DNA from: Acidimicrobiaceae bacterium
GTDB lineage: Bacteria; Actinomycetota; Acidimicrobiia; Acidimicrobiales; Ilumatobacteraceae
DNA length: 64,000 bases
Direction: 5' to 3'
Assembly: GCA_003569125.1 (NCBI GenBank)
Contig: BGOG01000003.1
Span: 49,315 to 113,314 of the forward strand
Part shown: piece after piece, positions 1 to 9,620 of the stretch
How the letters are laid out: the number at the start of each line of letters is the position of its first letter
How positions within the stretch are numbered: position 1 is the first letter of the stretch
The notes under the pieces: generated by a model
Database searches by the model: none
Seen by the model: only the letters and a program-made list of their open reading frames with translations
What the model was told of the DNA's origin: nothing
Program-made: the position numbers and the translations under genes

Positions 1-371
1 GCATGAGCAGAGACTTTGACCGCACGGGTTATTTTTCCGCGACCAAGAACCTTGATCATTTGACCTTTATGGGCGACACCACCCGATACGAGTGACGCCG
101 GGTCTACTTCGGCGACACCAAGAGAATCAACGGCGTCAAGATTGACGGCGTAATATTCGACCCGAAACGGGTTATTGAAACCTTTCAACTTTGGTACGCG
201 TTGCTTGAGTGGCATCTGTCCACCTTCAAAACCGCGAGCAACCGTGTTACGCGCGTATTGACCTTTGGTACCACGACCTGCAGTCTTGCCACCTTTGCCA
301 CCAGTACCACGACCGACGCGCTTCGGCTTCTTTCGTGCTCCGTGGCGTGGCCCAATTTCGTCAACGCGCAT
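1..371 (-). CDS. rplO: 50S ribosomal protein L15 (3' end cut by window edge)
   Basis: Own translation of the minus strand from ATG at 369-371: MRVDEIGPRHGARKKPKRVGRGTGGKGGKTAGRGTKGQYARNTVARGFEGGQMPLKQRVPKLKGF... These are classic L15 motifs. The gene lies downstream of rpmD, as in spc operons. Confidence 0.9.
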   Translation of the reverse strand, partial: MRVDEIGPRHGARKKPKRVGRGTGGKGGKTAGRGTKGQYARNTVARGFEGGQMPLKQRVPKLKGFNNPFRVEYYAVNLDAVDSLGVAEVDPASLVSGGVAHKGQMIKVLGRGKITRAVKVSAH

Positions 372-373
372 GA

Positions 374-670
374 TTATGCTCCTTTTTTGCTTACTTCAAT
401 GAGGTGAGGAACGCGCGCAATCATGCCGCGAATCTCTGGACGATCTGGCAATGTGTTGACATCGCCAATTTTACGAAGACCAAGAGCTCGCATTGTTGCT
501 TTTGTCTTTGGCATGATGCCAATTTGCGATCGCACTTGCTTGACGACAAACGTTGGGCCAGTGTGCGCCTTTCGCGTGGCTTTCACTGCTGCAACTTTTG
601 GTGCAGCAACTTTCTTTACGGCTGCTTTTTTTGCGACTTTTGGCGCCGCAGCTTTTTTGGTATCAGCCAT
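374..670 (-). CDS. rpmD: 50S ribosomal protein L30 with Lys/Ala/Pro-rich N-terminal extension
   Basis: 98-aa ORF. The C-terminal part FVVKQVRSQIGIMPKTKATMRALGLRKIGDVNTLPDRPEIRGMIARVPHLIEV is a typical L30 domain. The first ~35 aa are MADTKKAAAPKVAKKAAVKKVAAPKVAAVKA. Position is between rpsE and rplO. Confidence 0.9.
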   Translation of the reverse strand: MADTKKAAAPKVAKKAAVKKVAAPKVAAVKATRKAHTGPTFVVKQVRSQIGIMPKTKATMRALGLRKIGDVNTLPDRPEIRGMIARVPHLIEVSKKGA

Positions 671-672
671 GA

Positions 673-1329
673 TTATTTCGCTCCAAGACTTGAGATTGTT
701 TTCTTGCGCTCCGTGTAGGCACGCAACATTCCTTTTGGAACAAAATCTTCTGCTGGCAAACCACGACGCTTGGCAACTTCGTCTGGGCGTTGCAGACCTT
801 TGAGCCCGTTGATTGTTGCGCGAGCGACGTTGATCGCGTTCGACGAACCAAGGACCTTTGCAAGCACGTCTTTGATTCCGGCTTCTTCAAGAATGATTCT
901 GGCTGCACCACCGGCGATAACACCGGTACCAGGCGCGGCTGGCTTGAGCATTACGCGACCCGCGCCGTTAATGCCAATCGTTGCGTGAGTAATTGTTGTT
1001 CCGGCAAGAGCGACATGAAACAGATTTCGCTTGGCTTCTTCGGTGCCCTTTTGAATTGCCAGTGGCACTTCTTTTGCTTTTCCGTAGCCAAGACCAACGC
1101 GACCGTTGCGATCGCCAATCACGACGAGTGCGGTGAACGAGAATCGTCGACCACCCTTGACAACCTTGGCGACGCGATTGATGTGCACAACCCGTGACTC
1201 GCCGATTTCGCCAACTTTTGCTGGCGGACGCGGCTCGCGCTTTTCGCGGGGCTCACGACGATCGCGGCGTTCACGACGATCGGTGACTTCTGCACCTGGC
1301 ACTGCTGGAACTGGGGTGACGTTGCTCAT
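673..1329 (-). CDS. rpsE: 30S ribosomal protein S5
   Basis: 218 aa. [40 protein letters not shown] is the S5 signature. There is an Arg/Glu-rich N-terminal tail. Operon position fits. Confidence 0.95.
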   Translation of the reverse strand: MSNVTPVPAVPGAEVTDRRERRDRREPREKREPRPPAKVGEIGESRVVHINRVAKVVKGGRRFSFTALVVIGDRNGRVGLGYGKAKEVPLAIQKGTEEAKRNLFHVALAGTTITHATIGINGAGRVMLKPAAPGTGVIAGGAARIILEEAGIKDVLAKVLGSSNAINVARATINGLKGLQRPDEVAKRRGLPAEDFVPKGMLRAYTERKKTISSLGAK

Positions 1330-1698
1330 TTAGAACTCCAAGCCTTCTTCTCGAGCAGCCTGCGCTGCTGCTGCGATACGACCGTGGTACAAAAATCCAC
1401 CGCGATCATAAACAACTTTCTTGATACCGATTTGTTTGGCGCGTTGCGCGACTGCTTTTCCGACTCGTGCGGCTGCTTCAACCGTCGAACCCGAACCTGC
1501 TTTTCGCAATTCGGCCTCAAGCGATGAAGCCGCGGCGATTGTTCGACCTGCGTCGTCATCGATCAACTGCGCCGACAAATGCTTGTTGCTTCGAAATACA
1601 GCCAAGCGTGGACGATCGGCGGTGCCATGAATCTTTTTGCGCACACGGCGTTGACGGCGCAACCGGCCGGTGTGTCGTTTTTCTGCTGCACTAGTCAT
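1330..1698 (-). CDS. rplR: 50S ribosomal protein L18
   Basis: [20 protein letters not shown]...[27 protein letters not shown]. Start set to the internal ATG at 1698, because the ORF-track start at 1770 would overlap rplF. Confidence 0.9.
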   Translation of the reverse strand: MTSAAEKRHTGRLRRQRRVRKKIHGTADRPRLAVFRSNKHLSAQLIDDDAGRTIAAASSLEAELRKAGSGSTVEAAARVGKAVAQRAKQIGIKKVVYDRGGFLYHGRIAAAAQAAREEGLEF

Positions 1699-1726
1699 AA
1701 AAGTTGGGTCTCCAGTTTTCTTCTTG

Positions 1727-2269
1727 TTACTTCTTGCCGGTCTTGCCGGCCTTACGACGAACACGCTCATTCAAGTAGCGAACACCTTTGCCCTTGTAAG
1801 GCTCTGGCTTACGCATGCTGCGAATGTTCGCGGCAACTTGACCGACAACTTCTTTGTCATTGCCTTTGACGACAATTTTTGTCTGTGCTGTCACTTCGAA
1901 TGTGATGCCATCAGGGGCCGTGTAGACGATTGGATGCGAGAATCCGAGGGCGAGTTTCAACTTGTTTGGCCCTTGTGCTTCGGCACGGTAACCGACACCT
2001 TGAATATCAAGTTCTTTGGTGTAACCATCTGTCACACCGGTGATCATGTTCGACAACAAAGTACGGGTTAATCCGTGGCGTGATCGTGAATCGCGTTCAT
2101 CATTGACTCGCTCGACGACCAAATTGTTTTCTTCGCGTCGTGCAGATACCCCGACAGGAATTTCACGTTTGAGGGTGCCCTTTGGCCCCTTGATTGTGAC
2201 CGCTGCACCCGAGATCGAAACCTCGACACCGGTTGGCACTGCGATTGCAGATTTTCCTATGCGTGACAT
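1727..2269 (-). CDS. rplF: 50S ribosomal protein L6
   Basis: 180 aa. [31 protein letters not shown]...IQGVGYRAE...GKGVRY. Confidence 0.95.
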   Translation of the reverse strand: MSRIGKSAIAVPTGVEVSISGAAVTIKGPKGTLKREIPVGVSARREENNLVVERVNDERDSRSRHGLTRTLLSNMITGVTDGYTKELDIQGVGYRAEAQGPNKLKLALGFSHPIVYTAPDGITFEVTAQTKIVVKGNDKEVVGQVAANIRSMRKPEPYKGKGVRYLNERVRRKAGKTGKK

Positions 2270-2294
2270 TTAATGGCTCCGTTCGACTCTTGAC

Positions 2295-2696
2295 TTACCA
2301 CACGAAACACATGACTTCGCCACCAACGTTGCGCTTACGCGCTTCGCGGTCGGTCATGAGTCCGTGACTTGTTGAAAGAACTGCTACACCCAGACCACCA
2401 AGAACGCGAGGTACCTCTGTTGCTCCGCGATACACGCGAAGACCAGGTGTCGAAATGCGCTTGATGCCAGAGATTGTTCGTTGACGATCTTCGCCATACT
2501 TCATGCTGATCTTGAGCAATTTGCCCGGACCTTGATCATCTTGAGTGATTGAGTAATCGGCGATGAAGCCTTCTCGCTTGAGAACCTCTGCGAGTGCAGA
2601 CTTTTGTTTGGATGCTGGCATCAGAACTTCATCTCGCATCGCAACGTTGCCATTGCGAATGCGTGTGAGCATGTCGGCGATCGGGTCAGTCATCAT
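2295..2696 (-). CDS. rpsH: 30S ribosomal protein S8
   Basis: 133 aa. [17 protein letters not shown]...GGEVMCFVW. Confidence 0.95.
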   Translation of the reverse strand: MMTDPIADMLTRIRNGNVAMRDEVLMPASKQKSALAEVLKREGFIADYSITQDDQGPGKLLKISMKYGEDRQRTISGIKRISTPGLRVYRGATEVPRVLGGLGVAVLSTSHGLMTDREARKRNVGGEVMCFVW

Positions 2697-2702
2697 GACG
2701 GT

Positions 2703-2888
2703 CTACCAACTTGCCTTTGTGATACCAGGGATCTCACCAGCATGTGCAAGTTCGCGGAAGCACAAGCGACATAGTCCAAATTTTTGATAGACCGCACGCA
2801 CGCGACCACATCGTTGGCAACGTGTATAGCCACGTACCTTGAACTTGGGCTTTCTTGCTGCTTTGATCATGAGTGATTTTTTTGCCAT
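2703..2888 (-). CDS. rpsN: 30S ribosomal protein S14, short zinc-binding (type Z) form
   Basis: 61 aa with two CxxC pairs (CQRCGR...CRLCFRE). Lies between rplE and rpsH. Confidence 0.95.
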   Translation of the reverse strand: MAKKSLMIKAARKPKFKVRGYTRCQRCGRVRAVYQKFGLCRLCFRELAHAGEIPGITKASW

Positions 2889-2924
2889 ATTGAGTAGCTC
2901 TCCGATGTTCCTGTGACTCTGCGA

Positions 2925-3533
2925 CTATTTCTTCTTGATTTTCTTGGCTTTGGTTACTGAAGTTGGTTCTTCGCCCTTGCGGAAAGGAAAACCAAAAGCG
3001 TCGAGCAATGCTTTGCCGGCGACATCGTCTTTGGCGGTGGTCACGATGGTGATATCCATGCCACGCGGAGCATCAACTTGTTCAACTCGAACTTCCATGA
3101 ACATCAGCTGCTCCGTAAGACCGAACGTGTAGTTGCCGTTTCCATCCCACGAACGACCTGACAAACCACGGAAGTCACGAATTCGAGGAATCGCAACCGA
3201 CAACAATCGATCGAAGAACTCCCACATTCGGTCGCCACGCATCGTGACTTTGCAACCGATTGGTTGATCTTCACGAAGTTTGAACGATGCGATCGCGATT
3301 CGCGACTTGGTGATCAACGGCTTTTGTCCCGAGATCGCAGTCAAGTCGGCGACTGCGCCATCAAGCAACGATGCTTGCTGCGTCGCGCGACCGACACCCA
3401 TGTTGATCACGATTTTTGAGATAGTTGGAACCTGCATTGGGTTCTTAAGTTCGAGCTGCTTCATCAAGTCGGCACGAACCGTATTTAAATAGTGCGCTTT
3501 CATGCGCGGTGTAGCAACTGTTTTAGTTGTCAT
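2925..3533 (-). CDS. rplE: 50S ribosomal protein L5
   Basis: 202 aa. [28 protein letters not shown]...[16 protein letters not shown]. Confidence 0.95.
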   Translation of the reverse strand: MTTKTVATPRMKAHYLNTVRADLMKQLELKNPMQVPTISKIVINMGVGRATQQASLLDGAVADLTAISGQKPLITKSRIAIASFKLREDQPIGCKVTMRGDRMWEFFDRLLSVAIPRIRDFRGLSGRSWDGNGNYTFGLTEQLMFMEVRVEQVDAPRGMDITIVTTAKDDVAGKALLDAFGFPFRKGEEPTSVTKAKKIKKK

Positions 3534-3835
3534 TAGATTTCTGCTCCGGTGCTTTTGGCAATACGAACTTTCTTGCCTTTTTTATCGACTTTGTAACCAA
3601 TTTTTGAGGGCTTGCCACCTTGATCGAACATCACATTTGATGCATGAATCGGCATCGGCTTGTCGATTATTTCACTCTTTGTGTTCTGCCCGCGTGCAAC
3701 CGAGTGGCGTTTGGCGACATTGACATTGTCGATAATTACTTTGCCCTTGGCAGGAAGCACGGCCGAGATGGTGCCCTTGGCGCCTTTGTCTTTGCCTGCG
3801 ATCACTATTACGTTGTCACCTTTTTTGAACTTCAT
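3533..3835 (-). CDS. rplX: 50S ribosomal protein L24
   Basis: Start moved to ATG 3835 ([24 protein letters not shown] motif). The ORF-track start at 3925 would overlap rplN. Confidence 0.9.
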   Translation of the reverse strand: MKFKKGDNVIVIAGKDKGAKGTISAVLPAKGKVIIDNVNVAKRHSVARGQNTKSEIIDKPMPIHASNVMFDQGGKPSKIGYKVDKKGKKVRIAKSTGAEI

Positions 3836-3836
3836 G

Positions 3837-4205
3837 TCACAACACCTCCGGGGCGAGCGAAATAATTCGCATGAACTTTTTGTCGCGCAACTCTCGACCA
3901 ACCGGGCCGAAGATTCTCGTTCCACGTGGAGTGAGATCGTCTTTGATCAACACTGCTGCATTTTCGTCGAATTTGATGTAGCTACCGTCTGGACGACGCT
4001 TTTCTTTGGCCACGCGCACAACAACGCAACGCACGACTTCGCCCTTTTTAACGGCGGCGCCAGGGATTGCATCTTTTACCGTGCCAATGAATACGTCACC
4101 GATTGATGCATAACGACGGCGAGTACCGCCGAGCACCTTGATCACGAGTACTTCACGAGCGCCGCTGTTGTCGGCGACACGAAGTCGAGTTTCTTGTTGA
4201 ATCAC
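3837..4205 (-). CDS. rplN: 50S ribosomal protein L14
   Basis: 122 aa. [27 protein letters not shown]... Confidence 0.95.
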   Translation of the reverse strand: MIQQETRLRVADNSGAREVLVIKVLGGTRRRYASIGDVFIGTVKDAIPGAAVKKGEVVRCVVVRVAKEKRRPDGSYIKFDENAAVLIKDDLTPRGTRIFGPVGRELRDKKFMRIISLAPEVL

Positions 4206-4495
4206 TTTGCACGCTCCAAGATTTCAATTACACGCCAACGCTTTAATTTCGACATTGGACGAGTCTCCATGATGCGAACGCGATCGCCAATTTGGGCGTC
4301 GTTCGTTTCGTCATGGGCATAAAATTTCTTCGTACGGGTGATGAACTTCTCGTACTTTTGATGACGAATGCGCTCGACTATCGCGATAACGATCGTCTTG
4401 TTCATCTTGTTAGACACGACGACGCCCTCTCGCGATTTGCGAAGGTTGCGCTCTGGTGTTGTTGAACTAGTTGTATCGCTCATAATTTTGCTCAC
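4202..4495 (-). CDS. rpsQ: 30S ribosomal protein S17
   Basis: 97 aa. [40 protein letters not shown]. 4-nt overlaps with both neighbours. Confidence 0.9.
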   Translation of the reverse strand: MSKIMSDTTSSTTPERNLRKSREGVVVSNKMNKTIVIAIVERIRHQKYEKFITRTKKFYAHDETNDAQIGDRVRIMETRPMSKLKRWRVIEILERAK

Positions 4496-4710
4496 TTCCC
4501 TGCAGCTTCTGCAGCAATAATTTCGCGTTCGCGAATCAACATGCTGATTCGAGCGATTTGGCGACGCGCTTTCGTGATCGCAGCAGTGTCATCAAGTTGA
4601 CCAGTTGCATTACGAAAACGCAGATTAAGTGCTTCTTGCTTTGTCGCACGCAACTCTTCGACAAGTGTTGCGAGATCCATTTCGCGAAGTTCTGTCAATT
4701 CACGTGCCAT
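4492..4710 (-). CDS. rpmC: 50S ribosomal protein L29
   Basis: Start set to ATG 4710 ([32 protein letters not shown]). The longer ORF-track start would overlap rplP. Confidence 0.9.
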   Translation of the reverse strand: MARELTELREMDLATLVEELRATKQEALNLRFRNATGQLDDTAAITKARRQIARISMLIREREIIAAEAAGK

Positions 4711-4711
4711 G

Positions 4712-5128
4712 TCAGATCGCCTCGTTTCGAGAAATGATGCGGGTTTTGATCGGCAACTTTTGCGCCGCACGACTCAAGGCCTGATGCGCGGTTGCTGCCG
4801 TTGGATACGACAACTCGAACAACACACGACCCGGCTTGACAACGGCTACCCACAACTCTGGGTTACCTTTGCCCGAACCCATGCGAGTTTCAGCCGGCTT
4901 TTTCGTCACTGACTTGTCGGGAAACACGTTGATCCATACTTTTCCGCCACGCTTGATGTGACGAGTCATGGCGATACGCGATGCTTCAATTTGACGAGCG
5001 GTGATCCAACCTGGTTCAAGAGCCTGAATGCCGTACTCGCCGAAAGCAAGTTCGTTGGCACCTTTTGAAATACCGGTCATGCGACCGCGATGTTGTTTGC
5101 GGTGTTTAACTTTGCGTGGTTCTAACAT
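4712..5128 (-). CDS. rplP: 50S ribosomal protein L16
   Basis: 138 aa. [19 protein letters not shown]...[10 protein letters not shown]. Confidence 0.95.
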   Translation of the reverse strand: MLEPRKVKHRKQHRGRMTGISKGANELAFGEYGIQALEPGWITARQIEASRIAMTRHIKRGGKVWINVFPDKSVTKKPAETRMGSGKGNPELWVAVVKPGRVLFELSYPTAATAHQALSRAAQKLPIKTRIISRNEAI

Positions 5129-5134
5129 AAATGA

Positions 5135-6016
5135 TTAGTCCTCTCGCTTGAAGTGAGGAGTTTCGTGGCCATCATGGCTTCGACGTTGAATATCTTCTTC
5201 TTCGTCGAGCAAGCGTTCGAACTCTGGATCTGCTTCTTTAACTAACGGAACCATCGCAACATCATCGATGTCTGCAGGCTTTGGTCCGGCTGAAGTAACA
5301 ACTTTTCGCGCGGCATCTGAGTGACCAGATGTCTCGCCGGCAGCCATAGCGGCTTCACGAGTGATGCGATCGTCGGTCTGAGATTTGTAAGGAAGAATCT
5401 CACCCTTATAAAGCCAAACTTTGATGCCGATTCGACCAGAAGTAGTTGCTGCTTCTCTGAACCCGTAGTCGATGTTGGCACGAAGTGTGTGTAGTGGAAC
5501 ACGACCTTCGCGATACCACTCGCGACGGCACATTTCTGCTCCACCGAGACGACCCGAACACTGAACACGAATACCTTGCACGCCCTGCTTCTGTGCGTTC
5601 TGCACGGCACGCTTCATCGCTCGACGAAAGGCGATTCGGTTCACGAGTTGATCGGCAACACCTTGAGCAACCAGCGCCGCATCAAGTTCTGCATCACGAA
5701 TTTCTGTGATGTTTAATTGCACTTTGTTGTTGCCGGTAAGTTTCGTTAATCCGGCTCGAAGCTCTTCGGCTTTTTGGCCCTTGCGACCGATTACGATTCC
5801 TGGGCGTGCAGTGTGCACGTCGATTCGAAGTTTGTCACGCGTGCGCTCAATTTCGATACGGCTGACAGCAGCATCGGATAGTTGCACCTTGAGGTAGTCG
5901 CGAATCTTCCAGTCTTCGGTGAGGTATGCCTTGTAGTCCTTCGTGCTGAACCACTTGCTCTTCCAGTCGGTGGTAACACCGAGGCGAAAGCCGTAAGGAT
6001 TAATCTTTTGGCCCAT
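5135..6016 (-). CDS. rpsC: 30S ribosomal protein S3
   Basis: 293 aa. [23 protein letters not shown]. Long acidic C-terminal tail. Confidence 0.95.
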   Translation of the reverse strand: MGQKINPYGFRLGVTTDWKSKWFSTKDYKAYLTEDWKIRDYLKVQLSDAAVSRIEIERTRDKLRIDVHTARPGIVIGRKGQKAEELRAGLTKLTGNNKVQLNITEIRDAELDAALVAQGVADQLVNRIAFRRAMKRAVQNAQKQGVQGIRVQCSGRLGGAEMCRREWYREGRVPLHTLRANIDYGFREAATTSGRIGIKVWLYKGEILPYKSQTDDRITREAAMAAGETSGHSDAARKVVTSAGPKPADIDDVAMVPLVKEADPEFERLLDEEEDIQRRSHDGHETPHFKRED

Positions 6017-6583
6017 TTAATTCTCCGTCGCTGTTTCGGTATTTGCATCAACTGGTGCATCTGCATTTGCATCTGCGTCTGGTGTTGCTGCTTTTGATTT
6101 TTGTGAACGAGCGCGACTTGCTTCAACGCGATCACGGCGGCGAGCAGATTCTGCCCCACCACGTGACTCGCTTTGTGTTTCGCGAATTGCAAGTGCTGCT
6201 TCGCTGAGTTTGTCGACCACGATCGTGATGTGACTGGTGCGCTTGAAAATTGCGGCCGAACTGCCTTTAGCGCGAGGACGGAAACGCTTCAGCGTTGGCC
6301 CACCGTCGGCGTAACAAGCCTTGATATAAAGCTCTTCGGCATTTTGTTCGAAGTTATTTGTTGCGTTGGCCACTGCCGATGCAAGCAACTTGCGCACGAT
6401 GTGTGCCGAGTCGCGATCTGTCAGGCGCAACAAGTTGTCGGCTGATTTAACATCCATGCCACGAACAAGATTTAAAACCACACGAACCTTTGATGGTGAC
6501 AATCGTGCGAAACGCGTTGAGGCGCGAAACCCACTCGAGACACCGGCAACTCGCGTTGCTTCGTTTAATTTTGGACCGGTCAT
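6017..6583 (-). CDS. rplV: 50S ribosomal protein L22 with charged C-terminal extension
   Basis: 188 aa. [26 protein letters not shown]...HITIVV, followed by ~60 aa rich in Arg/Ala/Asp. Confidence 0.9.
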   Translation of the reverse strand: MTGPKLNEATRVAGVSSGFRASTRFARLSPSKVRVVLNLVRGMDVKSADNLLRLTDRDSAHIVRKLLASAVANATNNFEQNAEELYIKACYADGGPTLKRFRPRAKGSSAAIFKRTSHITIVVDKLSEAALAIRETQSESRGGAESARRRDRVEASRARSQKSKAATPDADANADAPVDANTETATEN

Positions 6584-6882
6584 GGCTTGCCTGCCGCTGC
6601 TGCAGCGGCTGCCGCGGCTTTTTCTTGACTCTGGTGAAACTTGAATGTTCGAGTTGGTGAGAACTCGCCGAGTTTGTGACCGACCATCGATTCACTGATG
6701 TAAACAGGAATGTGCTTGCGACCATCGTGAACTGCGAAAGTATGACCCAACATGTCTGGAATGATCGTGCTTCGACGCGACCAAGTCTTGATGACCTTGC
6801 GGTCGCCACTTGCGTTCATTGCATCCAACTTTTTGAGCAGGTGCTCATCCACGAACGGACCTTTTTTGAGACTACGTGACAT
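6580..6882 (-). CDS. rpsS: 30S ribosomal protein S19
   Basis: 100 aa. [18 protein letters not shown]...[12 protein letters not shown]-terminal tail is [14 protein letters not shown]. Confidence 0.95.
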   Translation of the reverse strand: MSRSLKKGPFVDEHLLKKLDAMNASGDRKVIKTWSRRSTIIPDMLGHTFAVHDGRKHIPVYISESMVGHKLGEFSPTRTFKFHQSQEKAAAAAAAAAGKP

Positions 6883-6885
6883 TAT

Positions 6886-7722
6886 TTAACCTCGTGCCTT
6901 TCCGGATCGACGACGACGAACAATCATTTGTTGCGACGACTTGTTCTTGTTGCGGGTACGACGCTCTGGCTTACCCCAAGGAGAAACCGGCGGACGACCA
7001 CCGGATGTTTTTCCTTCGCCACCACCAAGTGGGTGGTCGACCGGGTTCATTACAACACCGCGCGATTGTGGGCGAACACCCTTCCAACGATTACGACCGG
7101 CTTTACCGATTTTGATCTGCTCGTGTTCTGAGTTTCCGATTTCGCCAACTGTGGCACGACAATCAATTGGCACACGACGCATTTCGCTGGATGGCATTCG
7201 CAAAGTTGCATACAAACCTTCTTTTGCAACCAACTGAACTGCCATTCCGGCTGAGCGAGCAATTTTGCCGCCTTGACCGGGACGCATTTCAATGTTGTGA
7301 ACGGTCGTACCGACTGGCATGAAACGAAGAGGCAACGCATTGCCCACAACTATGTCTGCCTTTGGTCCACTCTCTACGCGAGCACCGACTTCGAGACCCT
7401 TTGGCGCAAGAATGTAAGACTTCGTTCCGTCGTTGTAATGCAGCAACGCAATACGGCATGTGCGGTTCGGGTCGTATTCGATCGCTGCGACTTTTGCGCC
7501 ACACTCATCTTTGCCACGCTTAAAGTCGACCATTCGATATTGCTGTTTGTGTCCGCCACCTTGGTGACGAGAAGTGATTCGACCAGCAGAGTTGCGACCA
7601 CCGCGCGATGGCTTTGGTGAGAGCAACGACTTTTCTGGGATCGTCTTGGTAATTTCGCTGAAGTCAGAAACCGTCTGAAATCGACGGCCTGGGCTCGTCG
7701 GGCGGCGTTTACGAATTGGCAT
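6886..7722 (-). CDS. rplB: 50S ribosomal protein L2
   Basis: 278 aa. [26 protein letters not shown]. Confidence 0.95.
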   Translation of the reverse strand: MPIRKRRPTSPGRRFQTVSDFSEITKTIPEKSLLSPKPSRGGRNSAGRITSRHQGGGHKQQYRMVDFKRGKDECGAKVAAIEYDPNRTCRIALLHYNDGTKSYILAPKGLEVGARVESGPKADIVVGNALPLRFMPVGTTVHNIEMRPGQGGKIARSAGMAVQLVAKEGLYATLRMPSSEMRRVPIDCRATVGEIGNSEHEQIKIGKAGRNRWKGVRPQSRGVVMNPVDHPLGGGEGKTSGGRPPVSPWGKPERRTRNKNKSSQQMIVRRRRSGKARG

Positions 7723-7743
7723 CTTGAATCAGTCCTTACTTGA

Positions 7744-8034
7744 TCAGTTCTCAAACAACGGAATTTGACTTCCGGCTTCTAAAGTGACGATGGCGCGCTT
7801 TGATCCATCACGAACACCGATTCGGTTCGTGCCGCGAGTTATGCGACGCTTGCCTGGACGGTTGATTGTGTTCACGCGAGTTACCTTGACGCCCCAAATT
7901 GATTGCACTGCATCACGAATCTCGGGCTTTGTCGCGTCTTGGTGAACTTCGAATGTGTATGTTCCCTTGTCGATCAGCGAATAACTTTTCTCGCTGACAA
8001 CCGGTCGAAGAATAATGTCGCGTGGGTCTTTCAC
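7744..8034 (-). CDS. rplW: 50S ribosomal protein L23
   Basis: Start set to GTG 8032-8034, giving a GTGA overlap with the rplD stop. VKDPRDIILRPVVSEKSY... Confidence 0.85.
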   Translation of the reverse strand: MKDPRDIILRPVVSEKSYSLIDKGTYTFEVHQDATKPEIRDAVQSIWGVKVTRVNTINRPGKRRITRGTNRIGVRDGSKRAIVTLEAGSQIPLFEN

Positions 8035-8651
8035 TTTGCAGCCTCCATTGCCGGCAGGCTTGCTTTTGTAAATACGATCCAGTCGTTGCACAAAATGTCG
8101 TAGGCATTGAGTTCTGGTGTGCTGAGAACATGTACATCAGTGAGATTGCGGAAGCTCTTCCATGCGCTCTCGTCTTTGCGTTCGAGCACGATCATCACGC
8201 GACCCGACATGCCAAGCGCTGTTATCGCTGCCGATGCGGCTTTCGTGCTCGGTGCGGTGAATCCCCAATCTTCAACGACAACTACTTTGTTCTCGCTCAT
8301 GCGATCTGACAAAGCAGAGCGCAATGCAAGTTGAATCATTTTCTTCGGTGTGCGTTGAGAATATTTACGCGGCTTGGGCCCTAGAGCGACACCACCACCG
8401 CTGAAATGCGGGGCACGAATCGAACCTTGACGAGCGTTACCAGTTCCTTTTTGCTTGAACGGTTTTTTACCGCCACCGCGAACTTCAGAGCGAGTCTTCG
8501 TGCTCTGTGTACCAGAACGACGGTGAGCAAGTTGCGCAACGACCACTTGGTGCATCACCGGAATATTTGGTGTGATGCCAAACATCGAGTCAGCAACTTC
8601 AATTGACGCGGCTTTTTTGCCCGCAGCACTTTTCATTTCAATCTTTGCCAT
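8031..8651 (-). CDS. rplD: 50S ribosomal protein L4
   Basis: 206 aa. RGGGKKPFKQKGTGNARQGSIRAPHFSGGGVALGPKPRKY. Confidence 0.95.
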   Translation of the reverse strand: MAKIEMKSAAGKKAASIEVADSMFGITPNIPVMHQVVVAQLAHRRSGTQSTKTRSEVRGGGKKPFKQKGTGNARQGSIRAPHFSGGGVALGPKPRKYSQRTPKKMIQLALRSALSDRMSENKVVVVEDWGFTAPSTKAASAAITALGMSGRVMIVLERKDESAWKSFRNLTDVHVLSTPELNAYDILCNDWIVFTKASLPAMEAAK

Positions 8652-8653
8652 GG

Positions 8654-9313
8654 CTATTCCTTTACCCCAGCTTTGACAGCGTTACGGATGATTACTACGC
8701 CACCGTTTGGTCCAGGAACAGAACCTTTCACAAGCAACAAGTTTCGCTCAAGATCTGCTTGAACAACTTCAAGATTGAGAGTTGTAACTTGCTCGTGACC
8801 CATGTGGCCGGACATTCGCAAACCTTTGAATACTCGACCTGGAAATGTACAAGAACCGATTGAACCTGGTGTGCGATGGTGCTTATGGTTACCGTGACTC
8901 GCGCCTTGACCACTGAAGTTGTGACGCTTCATCGTTCCGGCGAAGCCCTTACCGCGACTTACCGCAGTGACATCGACTTTTTCGCCAACTACAAGCGTGT
9001 CGACTTTGATTTCTTGGCCAACTTCAAAACCATCTACAGAATCAAGACGCAACTCAATCAAACGACGACCAGCGGCGACATTGCGTGCGCCACTCTTCGG
9101 TGCGAAATGACCAGCTTCTGCTTTGGTGAGTTTTTTTGGATCTCGCTGCCCATATGTAACTTGCAGCGCGGTGTAACCATCGGTTGCGCCAGTTTTAACC
9201 TGAACAATTCGAGCCGGCTCAATTCTCAACACGGTGACGGGCACGACGCGTTGGTCGTCGCTCCACACTTGTGTCATGCCGACTTTCTCGCCGACGATCG
9301 CTTTTTGTGCCAT
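8654..9313 (-). CDS. rplC: 50S ribosomal protein L3
   Basis: Start set to ATG 9311-9313 (MAQKAIVGEKVGMTQVW). FAGTMKRHNFSGQGASHGNHKHHRTPGSIG. Confidence 0.9.
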   Translation of the reverse strand: MAQKAIVGEKVGMTQVWSDDQRVVPVTVLRIEPARIVQVKTGATDGYTALQVTYGQRDPKKLTKAEAGHFAPKSGARNVAAGRRLIELRLDSVDGFEVGQEIKVDTLVVGEKVDVTAVSRGKGFAGTMKRHNFSGQGASHGNHKHHRTPGSIGSCTFPGRVFKGLRMSGHMGHEQVTTLNLEVVQADLERNLLLVKGSVPGPNGGVVIIRNAVKAGVKE

Positions 9314-9556
9314 GAGGCCAAAACCTTTTCTCGAAATGTTTAATAAAATAATTCGTGTATTCGCACAAATGCTCCGCGCGGCCGAGGCCTGCGGAGCACT
9401 TTTATAGTTTTCGCTGTGAGGTACCCACAAATATCACGGGCGCACACAGACATCAATTTTTTGAATTGATCTCTCCGTTCGTGACTTTGTCAAGACAACG
9501 CCACTAACGAAGTTTCAACTCTATCCCCCGAAAATCCAGTCCCCAAACGGCAACCA

Positions 9557-9582
9557 GCAAAAATAGCCAGATTTTCTGGCTA
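9557..9582 (-). terminator. Candidate intrinsic terminator downstream of the protease gene
   Basis: On the minus strand, TAGCCAG-AAAAT-CTGGCTA forms a 7-bp stem (9564-9582). It is followed by TTTTTGC (9557-9563). It begins 39 nt after the protease stop. Not energy-scored. Confidence 0.4.
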
Positions 9583-9608
9583 GTTGACTAGACTGGCTAG
9601 TTGACTAG
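9576..9608. repeat. Tandem 16-nt direct repeat ctggctagttgactag x2
   Basis: Exact copies at 9576-9591 and 9593-9608, with a 1-nt spacer. Each contains the near-palindrome CTAGT-TG-ACTAG. Confidence 0.8.
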
Positions 9609-9620
9609 CCAATTTGCTAT

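Noticed and set aside
5791-6192. 133-aa ORF with an [10 protein letters not shown] low-complexity stretch across the rpsC/rplV junction.
   Set aside because: It is in a different frame of the same strand as two well-supported ribosomal-protein genes. The repeat is a by-product of the GCA/TCT-rich L22 tail sequence.
201-9343. Many 60-155-aa plus-strand ORFs overlapping the ribosomal-protein genes (for example 423-803, 790-1197, 3660-4106, 8876-9343).
   Set aside because: They are antisense shadows of strongly supported minus-strand genes. They show low-complexity or Cys/Arg-rich composition, no recognisable motifs and no ribosome-binding context.
9371-9397. GC-rich hairpin gctccgc-N13-gcggagc followed on the plus strand by a T-rich run, which looks like a plus-strand terminator.
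   Set aside because: There is no credible plus-strand gene upstream of it. It is kept only as a possible structure in the minus-strand rplC leader (see the S10-operon finding).
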